A stretch of DNA of 62,080 bases, counting the filler. It is 4 parts of 4 records of this genome, joined end to end, with 100 filler letters (N's around TTAATTAATTAA, not from the genome) between each part and the next. Parts side by side here need not be neighbours in the genome. Positions count along the whole stretch, not along the records: positions 37,569 to 50,182 come from SRR20825006_344; positions 50,283 to 62,080 come from SRR20825006_353; 2 more parts are not named here. The stretch is one strand, 5' to 3'. The notes beneath the pieces are model-generated. The model did no database searches, was not told the origin of the DNA, and saw only the letters and a list, made by a program, of their open reading frames with translations. This document shows, one piece after another, positions 47,118 through 57,862 of this stretch. Within the stretch, counting starts at the first letter, position 1, and every line of letters starts with the position of its first letter. The position numbers were made by a program, and so were the translations under genes.

Positions 47118-49446
47118 AACCGAACGAGCCAGCCGAGGCGACGAGCAATCCGCGCCAACACAGGCTCACCCCGGACGCCGCCGCGATCTGATCATCGGGC
47201 TCGTCATCATGGCGCTGCTCGGCGCCATCCTTTGTTTTATCCCCCTGTTCAACATCCTCGGCTACGAGTCGAGCGCGGCGGTCGGCGTCATCGGCGGTTT
47301 CCTGACCGCGATCCTCACCGCCCGCGCTCTCACGAACCTCTCTCGTGGCCCGCTTACACCATCCGCAGAAGATACCCAGCGGCGTTACGTGCGGTTGCTG
47401 CTCGAGCATATGCTCCTGTTGCTGCCGCCGCTGCTGTTGCTCTCGCTCAACGTATTCAGAGTGGTCAACTGCGACTTCGGCACAGGGTTGCTCTTCTTCC
47501 TGCTGATCGCCCCCGCCGCGATCCTCATCGGGCAGACCTCGGCCTGGGTGATATCCTGCCTCTTCAAAAAGACCTGGGCGCGCGCGCTGGCTGCGTGCGC
47601 GGTGTTACTCGGGGATGGCCTGATGCTCGGGTGGCACATCGCCACGCAACCTCCTATCAACGGACACCAGTGGTTGATCGGCTACCTGAGCGGCTCGATC
47701 TATGACGAGGCGCTCTCCATTCCGCCAAGCCTCGTGTGGTACCGCGCGATGAACGTGGCGGGCGTGATGGCGCTCGTCTGGGGGATCGAGGCGGCGCGAC
47801 GCTGGCGCGCTGATGGTGGGATGAAGAGGGCACGAAGGTTTATCGCGCTCGCCATGACGATGGCGGCGATCTGGAGTGGGATGGGGTGGTTCCAGCAGGA
47901 TTTTGGCGTTCGCATCGATCGCCAGACCATCTCGCGCGTGCTCGGCGGAAAGATCGAGACCGAGCACTTTATCATTCACTACCCGCTGCGACGCTCCTAC
48001 ACCGAGAAGCTCGACCTGCTCGTCGAGGATCACGAGTACCGCTACGCCGAGATGAAGGCTTACTTTGGCACCGATCCTGTCGCGCTTCACGGTCGCAAGG
48101 TGCACAGCTTTGTCTACCCGGACACCGAGACCAAGGGTGACCTGATGGGGGCGCGCAGAACCCTGATCGCCAAGATCTGGCTGCGCGAGATCCACATCAT
48201 CTGGCGAGACTACGGCGATCATCTGCTCGCCCACGAGCTCGCCCACGTGTTCACCGAACCCTTCGGTGCCGGTCCTCTAAAACTGAGCATGCAAAACGGC
48301 GTCGGCGTCAACATGGGCCTCGTCGAGGGGATCGCCACCGCCGCCGATTGGCCAGCGAGCGAGCTCCCTCCACACGTGGCCAGCGCGGCCATGCGCCGGT
48401 TGAACATCGCGCCCGATATTCGAGGATTGGTCGGGGCAGGTGGCTTCTGGACACAATCCAGCGGTCGCGCCTACACCCTGATGGGATCGTTCGTGCGGTT
48501 TCTCGTGGCAAACTACGGGATCGAGAAGTTCAAGATCGCCTACAGGGGAGGAGACTTCCAGAAGGCGTATGGCAAGTCCGCCGATACGTTGGTCGGAGAG
48601 TGGGAGGCGTTTATCGACGAGCTCGAAGTGGACGAGGATCTTCTGGAGCTCGCGCGCTATTACTACGAGCGCCCGAGCATCTTCGGGAAGGTCTGCGCGC
48701 GCACCATCGCAGAGATGCGTCGGCAGGCGCAGATCGCTGAAGAGAGCGGTGATGTCACGCGCGCGCTCGCGCTCCGAGATGAGATCCTCGACTTCGATCC
48801 TCGCAACACCAACTATCAGCTCGAGCGCGCCGAGTTGCTCGTCTCCGCCGATCGCGACGCCGAGGCGCTCGAGCGCCTGAGCGTCCTGCTCGAAAACGAG
48901 GACCTCGTCCCCTCCGAGCGCGTGCAGCTCGAGCATCTGCGCGGTGATATCTACTGGCGACGTGGTGAGCTTCGGCGCGCGGCGAGCACTTACGCCAAGT
49001 GCGAGGCGGTCGGCGTGCCCGAGGTCACGCGGCGTCAGCTCCAGGTCAAGCGCGCGTTGCTCGCGCCTGGTTATGATCAGACGCGTGAGCTCGCCAGGAC
49101 TTATCTGCTCGATGCGCCTCGCGCCGACGCCGCCCTCTATTACCCGATGCGCTGGGTGATGAAGACGCCCGATAACGAGCTCGCCGCATACCTCGCCGCG
49201 CGCCGTTTGTGGGGCGCTGACCTGTATAGAGAGGCCAGAGAGTTGATGCCGCCCGTCGGCGCGAAGCTCCCCTCGCCAGAGCTCGAGCTGGAGCTCAAAT
49301 ACATGCACGCGACCTCGCTCTATCACCTCGGGGATCTGGATGAAGCGGGCAGGTTGTTCAAAGAGCTTGCAGAATCGGACTCGAGTCGACTAAAAACCAA
49401 GTCGCGCGAGTGGCTCGGCAGGGTCGCTTGGCGGCGTGAGGAATAG
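47095..49446 (+). CDS. Membrane protein with gluzincin-type metallopeptidase motif and TPRs
   Basis: Multiple TMs, LAHELAH followed by VEGIA, C-terminal TPR-like repeats. Confidence 0.7.
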   Translation: MTTNPSDETERASRGDEQSAPTQAHPGRRRDLIIGLVIMALLGAILCFIPLFNILGYESSAAVGVIGGFLTAILTARALTNLSRGPLTPSAEDTQRRYVRLLLEHMLLLLPPLLLLSLNVFRVVNCDFGTGLLFFLLIAPAAILIGQTSAWVISCLFKKTWARALAACAVLLGDGLMLGWHIATQPPINGHQWLIGYLSGSIYDEALSIPPSLVWYRAMNVAGVMALVWGIEAARRWRADGGMKRARRFIALAMTMAAIWSGMGWFQQDFGVRIDRQTISRVLGGKIETEHFIIHYPLRRSYTEKLDLLVEDHEYRYAEMKAYFGTDPVALHGRKVHSFVYPDTETKGDLMGARRTLIAKIWLREIHIIWRDYGDHLLAHELAHVFTEPFGAGPLKLSMQNGVGVNMGLVEGIATAADWPASELPPHVASAAMRRLNIAPDIRGLVGAGGFWTQSSGRAYTLMGSFVRFLVANYGIEKFKIAYRGGDFQKAYGKSADTLVGEWEAFIDELEVDEDLLELARYYYERPSIFGKVCARTIAEMRRQAQIAEESGDVTRALALRDEILDFDPRNTNYQLERAELLVSADRDAEALERLSVLLENEDLVPSERVQLEHLRGDIYWRRGELRRAASTYAKCEAVGVPEVTRRQLQVKRALLAPGYDQTRELARTYLLDAPRADAALYYPMRWVMKTPDNELAAYLAARRLWGADLYREARELMPPVGAKLPSPELELELKYMHATSLYHLGDLDEAGRLFKELAESDSSRLKTKSREWLGRVAWRREE

Positions 49447-49558
49447 CGCCCCACGGTTGGATGGTTCCGCAGAAAGAGTTTCTCGTGGACCCTCCTCCCC
49501 GTGACTTGCAATAAACACTCGCCACAGAGATGACCTTCCTACGTGGAGTATTGATCAT

Positions 49559-50101
49559 ATGCGCCTGAACCAATGGTTGATTCGATTTGCCCTTCTCCTC
49601 ACCCTCGGCGTCACGAGCGTGGCGTTCTCTGGTTGCGCCTCGGAGTTTATCCGCAGCGATGAATTTTATGTGGAGGACGCAGACTTTCGCATCGACGAGG
49701 AGGCCAAGATCAAGGACACGGTCGAAAACCGTGAAATCCTCGATGTCATGGCGAAATACCGTCAAGCGATCGTCAAGAAGGACTTCGGCACGCTCAACAG
49801 GATCATCTCCGAGGATTACTACGATAACGCCTCGACCACCAACACCACGCGCGATGACTACGGTCGCGAGCAACTCGATAACCTCTTCGAGCTGCTCGCC
49901 AACCACGCCGAGTCGATCCAGTATCGCATCGTCGTCAAGAGCGTCGAGATCGAGCGCGACGAGGCATTCGTCGACTACGAGTATCGCTACGCCTACCAGT
50001 TCAAGATCGGCGAAGAGGTCTCCTGGGATGCTGGCGTCGAGGTCAACCGGGTGACCTTGAAGCAGGCGGGTGACGAGTGGAAGATCCTCTCCGGTCTTTG
50101 A
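49559..50101 (+). CDS. NTF2-like lipoprotein
   Basis: Lipobox FSGC; YRQAI..D...L..IISEDY, WKILSGL. Confidence 0.7.
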   Translation: MRLNQWLIRFALLLTLGVTSVAFSGCASEFIRSDEFYVEDADFRIDEEAKIKDTVENREILDVMAKYRQAIVKKDFGTLNRIISEDYYDNASTTNTTRDDYGREQLDNLFELLANHAESIQYRIVVKSVEIERDEAFVDYEYRYAYQFKIGEEVSWDAGVEVNRVTLKQAGDEWKILSGL

Positions 50102-50182
50102 TCCTCGCTCGGTCTTCGAGCCTCCAGATGGATCGATAAGAAGGTTCGCGCGGGCGCTACGAAACACCCCGGCGATCCTGGC

Positions 50183-50282
50183 NNNNNNNNNNNNNNNNNN
50201 NNNNNNNNNNNNNNNNNNNNNNNNNNTTAATTAATTAANNNNNNNNNNNNNNNNNNNNNNNNNNNNNNNNNNNNNNNNNNNN
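50183..50282. other. Artificial contig linker
   Basis: N runs around TTAATTAATTAA. Confidence 0.98.
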
Positions 50283-50283
50283 C

Positions 50284-50391
50284 ATCAACAAGGACGAGGA
50301 AGCGCCGATCTTTCAGGTGGCCGACTATGGCATCGTCGGCGATCTCTTTGACATCGTGCCGGAGATGGCTGAAAAACTTCAGGCTCAGTAG
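50284..50391 (+). CDS. etfA: 3' end of electron transfer flavoprotein alpha subunit (partial)
   Basis: [27 protein letters not shown]. Confidence 0.9.
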   Translation: MNKDEEAPIFQVADYGIVGDLFDIVPEMAEKLQAQ

Positions 50392-50689
50392 ACATACGAA
50401 ATCTGAACCTGCGCGTATCACGGTATAATTTTACCGCTTCGCAGCATCAAGGGCTTTGGCTGACGGCACACCGCGCTTATGTCAAAGCCCTTTGCTTTAT
50501 CGGCGGCTATGCCGTACAGGCGCCTGAACTTCGAATAAGCCGGACTGGGCCAAAAAGCCATTCAGTTCAACCCTGACATGCAAACAGATTGCTGCAATAG
50601 TGAAATGAAGGCATGTCAGGTTCTTCGGGAAACTTCATTTGAAGCTCCGCGTTTTTTACGCATAGGTCGTGAAGGCGCTATCGTTTTTT

Positions 50690-50703
50690 TGGAACCGATT
50701 CCA
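50690..50703. promoter_or_regulatory. LacI-type operator
   Basis: Near-palindrome TGGAACCGATTCCA with central CG upstream of the LacI gene; related AAGCGTTCCA near 50757-50766. Confidence 0.65.
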
Positions 50704-50813
50704 TTTTCGTGTTCATTATCTTGATTTCTGAAACATTGACTGTCATGTTGGTGAACAAGCGTTCCAAAAATTCGTGATTTCATCCTTAATATCAATCACA
50801 CAAACTTATCATC

Positions 50814-51818
50814 ATGGCCACCTTAAAAGACGTTGCGAAGCTTGCGGGCGTCGGTTCCGGAACGGTCTCACGATACATTTCTGGAAACGGTTCCGTTTCC
50901 AGCAAAGCCGCAGAGAAAATCGAGCGTGCCATCAAGCAGCTCAACTACCGCCCCAACAGCATGGCCCGCTCGCTGTCGTCACGCCGGTCAGACCTGATCG
51001 GCGTCTGGGTGCCATCTCTGGAGGGTCCGTATTATCACATGATCATCCGCGCGGTTGAGCAGGAGCTGCGCCTTCATAACAAGCACATGATCCTCGCCAA
51101 TGCCGAGGACGCCCGGTCCGACGCCGAGCGACTTCAGCATTTCGACTATCTGGTCAATCGCGACTGCGACGGCATTTTGATGTCCTGTTCTTTGCAGGGC
51201 ACATTCGAACTGGCCCGGACATCCGAGCATTTCGCCAATCTCGTCCTGCTCAACCATCGGGCAGAGGAACTGTCCGGTCGGTGTTTTTCGATTGATCATG
51301 AATTGGGCGGAAGGTTGGCAGCCCGCCGCCTTGCGGACCTTGGACACGAAAAAATCGCTGTGATTACCGGCAGGCTTTCCGCGCAGGATGCCCGCCAGCG
51401 CCATGACGGTTTCATGGCGGAGATGGCAAGACGCGGAAGCACCGTGCCTGAAGATTACGTTATTGAAGGGGCTTTCAGTTATGCCGCTGTCGAGCAGTTG
51501 ATCTCGGACTTTCTCGATCAGAATATGGACTTCACCGCTGTTTTCTGTGGAAACGACAAGGTCGCCATGCTGCTGATCTCGGAGTTGAACAATCGCGGGA
51601 TTTCGGTTCCGCGCGATGTTTCGGTTCTCGGCTATGACGATGTCGATTTCGCCGCCTACACCGCCCCGCCCCTGACCACGATCCACGCACCGATTGACGA
51701 GATGGCCCGCTCGGGCTGCCGGCAATTGCTCAATCTTACCTATGACATGGACCTTCCGTTTCAGGAGCGGTTCGAGCCCTCGCTTTGCGTCAGGCGTTCG
51801 ACGGCCGCGCTGAGCTGA
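50814..51818 (+). CDS. LacI-family transcriptional regulator
   Basis: TLKDVAKLAGVGSGTVSR, YRPNSMARSL, VSVLGYDD. Confidence 0.95.
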   Translation: MATLKDVAKLAGVGSGTVSRYISGNGSVSSKAAEKIERAIKQLNYRPNSMARSLSSRRSDLIGVWVPSLEGPYYHMIIRAVEQELRLHNKHMILANAEDARSDAERLQHFDYLVNRDCDGILMSCSLQGTFELARTSEHFANLVLLNHRAEELSGRCFSIDHELGGRLAARRLADLGHEKIAVITGRLSAQDARQRHDGFMAEMARRGSTVPEDYVIEGAFSYAAVEQLISDFLDQNMDFTAVFCGNDKVAMLLISELNNRGISVPRDVSVLGYDDVDFAAYTAPPLTTIHAPIDEMARSGCRQLLNLTYDMDLPFQERFEPSLCVRRSTAALS

Positions 51819-51826
51819 AAGGCCGA

Positions 51827-54217
51827 ATGCTAACACCAACGCACAACGAGAACCGGATGACTTCCTTCATCGAGAGCGGACAGCGCTTCCGCCTGAACGA
51901 CCCGACACTGGCGCCCAACGCGGCAAGCTACCTCTGGAACCGGAAGATGATGATCCAGATGAGTGCGCGCGGTTATGCCGTCAGCCAGTATATGGATCCG
52001 GAACCGCGCAAATATGCCCATGTTCCCACCATCGCGGCGCAAACTTTCATGCAGCCCGAACAGGACTATTTTGCGCACCATCCCGGTCGTTTCTTCTATA
52101 TCCGTGACAATGAGACGGGTAATCTGTTTTCCGCCCCTTATGAACCGGTGCGCGCCAAGCCGGATCATTTCAGCTTCGAACCCGGTATCTCGGATATTCG
52201 CTGGGTTATCGAAAAGGACGGTGTGCGGATAGAGCTTCGCCTTGATCTGCCGGTTGAGGACGTGGCCGAACTTTGGCCCGTGCGCATCACCAATCTGACG
52301 GAGAAAACCAGATCACTGTCCTTCGTGCCGTTTTTCCCGGTCGGCTATTCATCCTGGATGAACCGTGGCGGTCATTTTGATGCTGAACTCAACGCCATCG
52401 TCTGCACCAGCGTGACGCCGTATCAGAAGGTGGAACAGTATTTCGAAAACAAGCACCTGAAGGATATCACCTTCTTTGCCGCAAACCGGAAGCCGGATTA
52501 CTTCGAGGTCGCGCAGGTTGCCTTCGAAGGCGAAGGCGGCCTTCACAATCCATCGGCGCTGCAGGATGGCGGCCATCTTGGCGGCGGTGATGCGATCTAC
52601 GAAAATCCCGCAGGCATCATGCAATGGAACCTGACGATGGAAGGTGGAGCGTCAGAAGACTTCCGCTTCGTCTTCGGCCCGGCCCGCGACAAGGCTGAAA
52701 TCGCTTCACTGACCGAAAAATACATCGACGTAGACATTGAAGCCACCCGCCGTGATTATGACCGCTACATCCGCTCCGGCCTCGGCAGCCTCAAAATCCA
52801 GTCACCGGATCAGGACTTTGACAGTTTCGTCAACGGCTGGCTGCCGCGCCAGGTCTATTATCACGGCGATACAAACCGGCTGACAACAGACCCGCAGACC
52901 CGCAACTATCTGCAGGATGCCCTCGGCATGATTTTCATTGCGCCGGAGGAAACGCGCACCGCAATTCTGAAAACCGCCAGCCAGCAGTTTTCTTCCGGTA
53001 AAGTGCCGGATGGCATTCTGCTGAGGCCGGATACGGAACTGAAATACATCAATCAGGTGCCGCATACCGATCATGCCGTCTGGCTGGTGATTGCCACAAA
53101 GGCCTATATTGACGAAACTGGCGACCGTGCGATCCTTGATGAAAAAATTGTCTGGGTCGACAGTGATGGAAAAGCGCGTCTTTATGAACACGTGACACGG
53201 GCATTGCGTTTTCTCGCCGGTGAGGTTGATAAGCGCGGCCTGCCCTACATCGCCCAGGGCGACTGGTGCGACCCGATGAACATGGTCGGCTACAAGGGCA
53301 AGGGTGTTTCCGGCTGGTTGGCAGAGGCTTCCAGCTATGCCATGTCGTTATGGGCGGAAACCTGCCGACAAGAAGACGACCATGAAGCCGCCGACTGGTT
53401 GAACCGGGAAGCGAACAAGCTGGTCGAGAGCATCAACCGGCATCTTTGGGACGGGAAATGGTATGCGCGCGGCATCACAGATGACGGCGTTGCCTTCGGG
53501 ATTCAGGCCGATCAGGAAGGCCGTATTTTTCTCAACGCGCAAAGCTGGGCGCTTCTCGCCGGTGCGGCCGATGCTCAAAAGAAGGACAGCATGTTGCAGG
53601 CCATTGATGAGCAACTCGACACGCCCTATGGAGCAGCCATGTTTGCCCCTGCCTATACCGCAATGCGCGATGATGTGGGCCGCGTGACCCAGAAATGGCC
53701 GGGCAATGGCGAAAACGGTGCGGTCTATAATCACGCTGCCATCTTCTACGCCGCCTCGCTTTATCACATCGGCGAGAAAGAACGCGGCTTTGACGTGCTT
53801 TCGAAAATGCTGACCCGCCCCGATCCGCAAGACATCAACACACGCGGGCAGTTGCCGCTTTATGTGCCGAACTATTATCGCGGCGCCTATTACCAGTTTC
53901 CACGCACCGCGGGCCGGTCCAGCAACCTTTTCAACACCGGAACGGCTTCCTGGTATTATCGCCTCGTGATCGAACAGCTTTGCGGCTTGCGCGGTGATGG
54001 TGACAGCCTGATCATCGCACCGCAGCCACCGGCAGACTGGGATGCTTTCAGTTTCACCCGCATGTTCAGGGGGGCAACCTTTAACGTCAGGATTGAAAAG
54101 GACGCCGCACTTGAAGAACAAACCGTTGATATCGACGGCATCCGCCTTGATGGAAACCGGTTCGATGCTTTTAAACCGGACCACACTTATGAGGTACTCG
54201 TTCGCCTGCCGGGATAG
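51827..54217 (+). CDS. GH94 phosphorylase, cellobionic acid phosphorylase (NdvB-like); start 51827 or 51857
   Basis: LWNRKMMIQ, FMQPEQ..HHPGRFFY, DPQTRNYLQD, QGDWCDPMN, ENGAVYNHA; followed by gluconokinase. Confidence 0.85.
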   Translation: MLTPTHNENRMTSFIESGQRFRLNDPTLAPNAASYLWNRKMMIQMSARGYAVSQYMDPEPRKYAHVPTIAAQTFMQPEQDYFAHHPGRFFYIRDNETGNLFSAPYEPVRAKPDHFSFEPGISDIRWVIEKDGVRIELRLDLPVEDVAELWPVRITNLTEKTRSLSFVPFFPVGYSSWMNRGGHFDAELNAIVCTSVTPYQKVEQYFENKHLKDITFFAANRKPDYFEVAQVAFEGEGGLHNPSALQDGGHLGGGDAIYENPAGIMQWNLTMEGGASEDFRFVFGPARDKAEIASLTEKYIDVDIEATRRDYDRYIRSGLGSLKIQSPDQDFDSFVNGWLPRQVYYHGDTNRLTTDPQTRNYLQDALGMIFIAPEETRTAILKTASQQFSSGKVPDGILLRPDTELKYINQVPHTDHAVWLVIATKAYIDETGDRAILDEKIVWVDSDGKARLYEHVTRALRFLAGEVDKRGLPYIAQGDWCDPMNMVGYKGKGVSGWLAEASSYAMSLWAETCRQEDDHEAADWLNREANKLVESINRHLWDGKWYARGITDDGVAFGIQADQEGRIFLNAQSWALLAGAADAQKKDSMLQAIDEQLDTPYGAAMFAPAYTAMRDDVGRVTQKWPGNGENGAVYNHAAIFYAASLYHIGEKERGFDVLSKMLTRPDPQDINTRGQLPLYVPNYYRGAYYQFPRTAGRSSNLFNTGTASWYYRLVIEQLCGLRGDGDSLIIAPQPPADWDAFSFTRMFRGATFNVRIEKDAALEEQTVDIDGIRLDGNRFDAFKPDHTYEVLVRLPG

Positions 54218-54290
54218 AAAACTGATCTTGAGTGACAGCCGGTCGCCAGAATGACCCAACGAAGAAAATAAACGCGGAGGAGCATCGCAA

Positions 54291-54806
54291 ATGACCAGAG
54301 CCATTATCGTCATGGGTGTCAGCGGCTGCGGAAAATCATCCGTTGCCCGTGCGCTTTCGGAAAAGCTTGAATATCGCTTCGTCGAAGGCGACGAGCTTCA
54401 CCCCGCAGTCAATGTCGACAAGATGAGCAAAGGCATTCCCCTTGACGATGATGACCGCTGGCCATGGCTCGACCGGATCGGAACTGTTCTTCATGAAGCC
54501 GAAATCCAGAACGATCCCGTTGTGCTGACCTGTTCTGCTCTGAAAAAAATCTACCGCGACCGGTTGCGCGATGCCGCGGGGGCAAACGTTGTGTTTATCT
54601 ATCTTCAGGGCAGTGAGACGTTGTTGAACACACGCATGAGCCAGCGCGAAGGCCATTTCATGCCGCTTTCACTTCTGAAAACCCAGTTGGACACACTGGA
54701 GGAACCGACCGGAGAGCCGGGCGTCGTCACCGTTAATATCGACGCTTCGTTGGAGAAAATCCGCGATGCAGCGATTGAAGGCATCGCGCAGCTGCAATCA
54801 AAGTGA
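54291..54806 (+). CDS. gntK: Gluconokinase
   Basis: MGVSGCGKS, NVDKMSKGIPLDDDDRWPWL, CSALKKIYRD, GHFMP. Confidence 0.93.
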   Translation: MTRAIIVMGVSGCGKSSVARALSEKLEYRFVEGDELHPAVNVDKMSKGIPLDDDDRWPWLDRIGTVLHEAEIQNDPVVLTCSALKKIYRDRLRDAAGANVVFIYLQGSETLLNTRMSQREGHFMPLSLLKTQLDTLEEPTGEPGVVTVNIDASLEKIRDAAIEGIAQLQSK

Positions 54807-54950
54807 TTCCTGCCGCCTGAAGCCGGGTTTGTGTCACCATAACAAACAGTGTTTTGGAAACCTGAATGCCGATCTTGTGAAACCATTGCGAACATGGCTA
54901 GATCGGCCTGACAAGAACACAACCGAGCGGCCAGCAGGAGCGAGAACACG

Positions 54951-56936
54951 ATGCGGACATCTGATGCAAGGGCATGGTTTCACAATCTGGCCCTGCTCAA
55001 GCCCGCGCCGTACAAGCCTTGGCGGCATTCGCTCCGCCTTGCCATTGGCACCGGTCTGCCGCTTTTCATCGGTGTTCTGACAGGCAATCCAGGTGCGATG
55101 ATCTATGTCGCCCTTGGTGCCTTTCTAACGGCGGTGACAGTTCGACTGGACCCCTATCGCGAGCGCTTCCGGGAAATCGCCATTTCCACTTCAGTGGGCG
55201 TGCTTGGCTGTCTCATCGGCCCGGCCGTGGCCGGTCACGGCGTCATGACACTGGTCATGCTGGCCGCACTTGGCCTTTTCTCCGGGCTGATCAGCGGCTA
55301 CGGCGCCGCATTTTCAACCGGTGCGATGAATATGCTGGTGCTGGCGGTCGTCACGTCACACCTGACACATACGGGCTCACCGTGGATCATGATCGCGCAC
55401 TTTCTGTCGGGTGCCCTGTTTGTTGTCGCAATGCTGGCTTTCGGCGTGCTTATGGATCGCGACCGGCCAGAGCGGCGAATGCTCTCACGCCTGCTCATGG
55501 CCACAGCCGAACTGGCATTGGTTGCCGCAGAAACGCCTTCAAGTCGCGACCCGGAAAAGCGTGCCGGACTGGAGGGAAAGCGCCGTGCGGTGACCGATCA
55601 GACCAAGGCGGCCTATGCCTCGCTGATTGAAAAACGCTCGCATGGACGCGCCCGCACCCGCTACAGTCTGCGCGCTGCCGATATACTCAGCCTCGTCAAC
55701 CAGTTGACCATGGCAATCATGGCAGCGACGACGGAGCAGGCCAATCTGCAACTGGCAGCACGGCAACTCCAGATCATTGCAGACAGCTATAACCGCGATT
55801 CCAAGCGGCCGGAAATTGCCCCGTCCGATGCTGCAAAACACAGTGAAGCGCTCAGGCTCGTCGCGCGACTGGCTGATACGATCTGGTCGACCGCGGAAAA
55901 CACAACGGCTGAAGACAAGAGCACAAACAAACCCGCGCCTGTCTTCTCCGGAAACCGGCTTGAAGGTCTTGGACGGCGCCTTGTTCTGGGTCCGGAAGTG
56001 ATCCGGTCCGCCATCCGTCTGGCAGTGTCGATGGGCGTCGCCGTGGTGGTCGGAGAGTTTATCAGCGGCAACCATTCCTACTGGCTGCCGATGACCGTTG
56101 CCATCGTTTTGAAACCGGATTTCGGCTCGGTCTTCGTGCGTGCCATTCACCGCAGTATCGGCACGCTGGCAGGCGTTGCCATTGCCGCAGGCGTTGTTGC
56201 ATTTGTGCACCCGGGCCTTGGCATCGTCGCAATCATCACGCTGTTCTGCGCGCTTATTCCATGGGCCGGGTTACGCAGCTATGCGGCCATGGTAACGTTT
56301 TTAACACCGGTTATCCTGCTGATGATTGCCCTTGTAGTGCCAGGCTCCGCCGAAAACTACGCAGAGCAGCGCCTCGTCGATACGCTGGTTGGCGCGGCGA
56401 TCGCGCTTGTTTTCGGCTACCTGATCTGGCCACGCTCTCAGGCTTCCAATCTGAATGCGTCCTTCGCAAATGCGCTTGAGGCTGTGGGGACCTTTCTGAA
56501 GGCGGCCACCAGTCGAGTACCTGATGATGAAAAGGAGAAGGCTGCTTTTCAAAAAAACGCTGTCGACAGCGAGTTTGCAGCCTATCGACGTCTTTCCGAC
56601 CTTCGAACGCAATTGCAGAAGCTGGTTGCCGAGCCACCACCGGCAGGCCGTGAAGCCGCTTCATGGTTTCCAGCCGTTGCCGGCGCGGAGCGGCTTTGCG
56701 ACCGGATTACGGCCTATGCAGGCGGGCGCAATCTGGGTGATCCGCCGCCGGATGAAAAACGCGCCGAACGGGCGATCAACGCACTGGCCTGGCTTGGCGG
56801 CCATGAAAAGGGAGACAATGTTGCCTTCCACGCCGCAGGCGGGCGTGAAAAGGATGATCGCTTCGGTGAAGTCGAAGCTGAAACTGCATGGCTTTTCAAT
56901 TACCTCAAAGAACGGCGAATGACGAAAATCCGCTGA
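54951..56936 (+). CDS. FUSC-family membrane protein
   Basis: HSYWLPMTVAIVLKPD..RSIGTLAG, RLVDTLVG. Confidence 0.88.
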   Translation: MRTSDARAWFHNLALLKPAPYKPWRHSLRLAIGTGLPLFIGVLTGNPGAMIYVALGAFLTAVTVRLDPYRERFREIAISTSVGVLGCLIGPAVAGHGVMTLVMLAALGLFSGLISGYGAAFSTGAMNMLVLAVVTSHLTHTGSPWIMIAHFLSGALFVVAMLAFGVLMDRDRPERRMLSRLLMATAELALVAAETPSSRDPEKRAGLEGKRRAVTDQTKAAYASLIEKRSHGRARTRYSLRAADILSLVNQLTMAIMAATTEQANLQLAARQLQIIADSYNRDSKRPEIAPSDAAKHSEALRLVARLADTIWSTAENTTAEDKSTNKPAPVFSGNRLEGLGRRLVLGPEVIRSAIRLAVSMGVAVVVGEFISGNHSYWLPMTVAIVLKPDFGSVFVRAIHRSIGTLAGVAIAAGVVAFVHPGLGIVAIITLFCALIPWAGLRSYAAMVTFLTPVILLMIALVVPGSAENYAEQRLVDTLVGAAIALVFGYLIWPRSQASNLNASFANALEAVGTFLKAATSRVPDDEKEKAAFQKNAVDSEFAAYRRLSDLRTQLQKLVAEPPPAGREAASWFPAVAGAERLCDRITAYAGGRNLGDPPPDEKRAERAINALAWLGGHEKGDNVAFHAAGGREKDDRFGEVEAETAWLFNYLKERRMTKIR

Positions 56937-56961
56937 AGGCCGGTTTCAGACAAACATCACG

Positions 56962-57804
56962 TCAAATCGGGCTTTCCGGGCCGCGTCCGGCTTTCAGATA
57001 AGACTGTGGTGGAACGCCGAAACTGCGACGGAAAGCGGCAACGAAAGCGCTGGCGCTTCGATAGCCCAGCCGCGCGGCAATCTCGGCACTGCTCTTGCCA
57101 TGGCTTAAATGATTGACCGCTTCCATCAACCGTAACCGACTGCGCCACTCGGAAAATTTCAATCCGGTTTCCCGCTGGAAAAGTCGCTCCAGCGTGCGCG
57201 CACCTGCACCGGAAAACCGTGCCATCTCTTCAAGGCTCGAGCGATCTTCCGGACTGGCCATCAGCCGGCCGGTAACACGCTGAAGGCGCGGGTCGGTGCC
57301 CGCCGGCAGGCTCAGCGGCGCTTCGGGCAATGTCATCAACTCGTCAATGATGACCTGCGCCAGCCGTGACAGACGATCACTGTCAGGTCCGGCTTCATTC
57401 AACTGACGGAATCTGAGGATCAGATGCCGCATCAGCGGTGTCATGTGCAACACCTCGCAATACCTGGAGCGAGTACGCAAGACAGATGGATCAATATAGA
57501 TGAAACAGGCGGAAACATCGGTTTCCATCATGACTTCATGCAGCGTTCCACCCTTGATCCAGACCGCGTGGCTGGTTGGTACGAGCCAATGCGCACCGCA
57601 GGCGCGGACCCGCAATATTCCGTTTTCCGCCCACAAGAGCTGGCCGCGTGGATGCGAGTGAGTTTCCCGGCCGATCTGGCCTGCATACCAGTCTTGCGCC
57701 CGCACCAGAACCGGCTGTTCGGGATTGTGAACCCACCCTGGACCTTCGAATTGAACAGTTGTCGGAATTTCGATATCGCTTGTCATAGTGTAGCTGTACC
57801 GCAT
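56962..57804 (-). CDS. AraC-family regulator with cupin sensor
   Basis: HSHPRGQL; RTLERLF..LGYRSASAFVAAFRR. Confidence 0.92.
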   Translation of the reverse strand: MRYSYTMTSDIEIPTTVQFEGPGWVHNPEQPVLVRAQDWYAGQIGRETHSHPRGQLLWAENGILRVRACGAHWLVPTSHAVWIKGGTLHEVMMETDVSACFIYIDPSVLRTRSRYCEVLHMTPLMRHLILRFRQLNEAGPDSDRLSRLAQVIIDELMTLPEAPLSLPAGTDPRLQRVTGRLMASPEDRSSLEEMARFSGAGARTLERLFQRETGLKFSEWRSRLRLMEAVNHLSHGKSSAEIAARLGYRSASAFVAAFRRSFGVPPQSYLKAGRGPESPI

Positions 57805-57862
57805 TCATCTGCCTTGCAATAGAATAACGATCATCAAAAAGCAAACTGACAGACTGCGCGAT

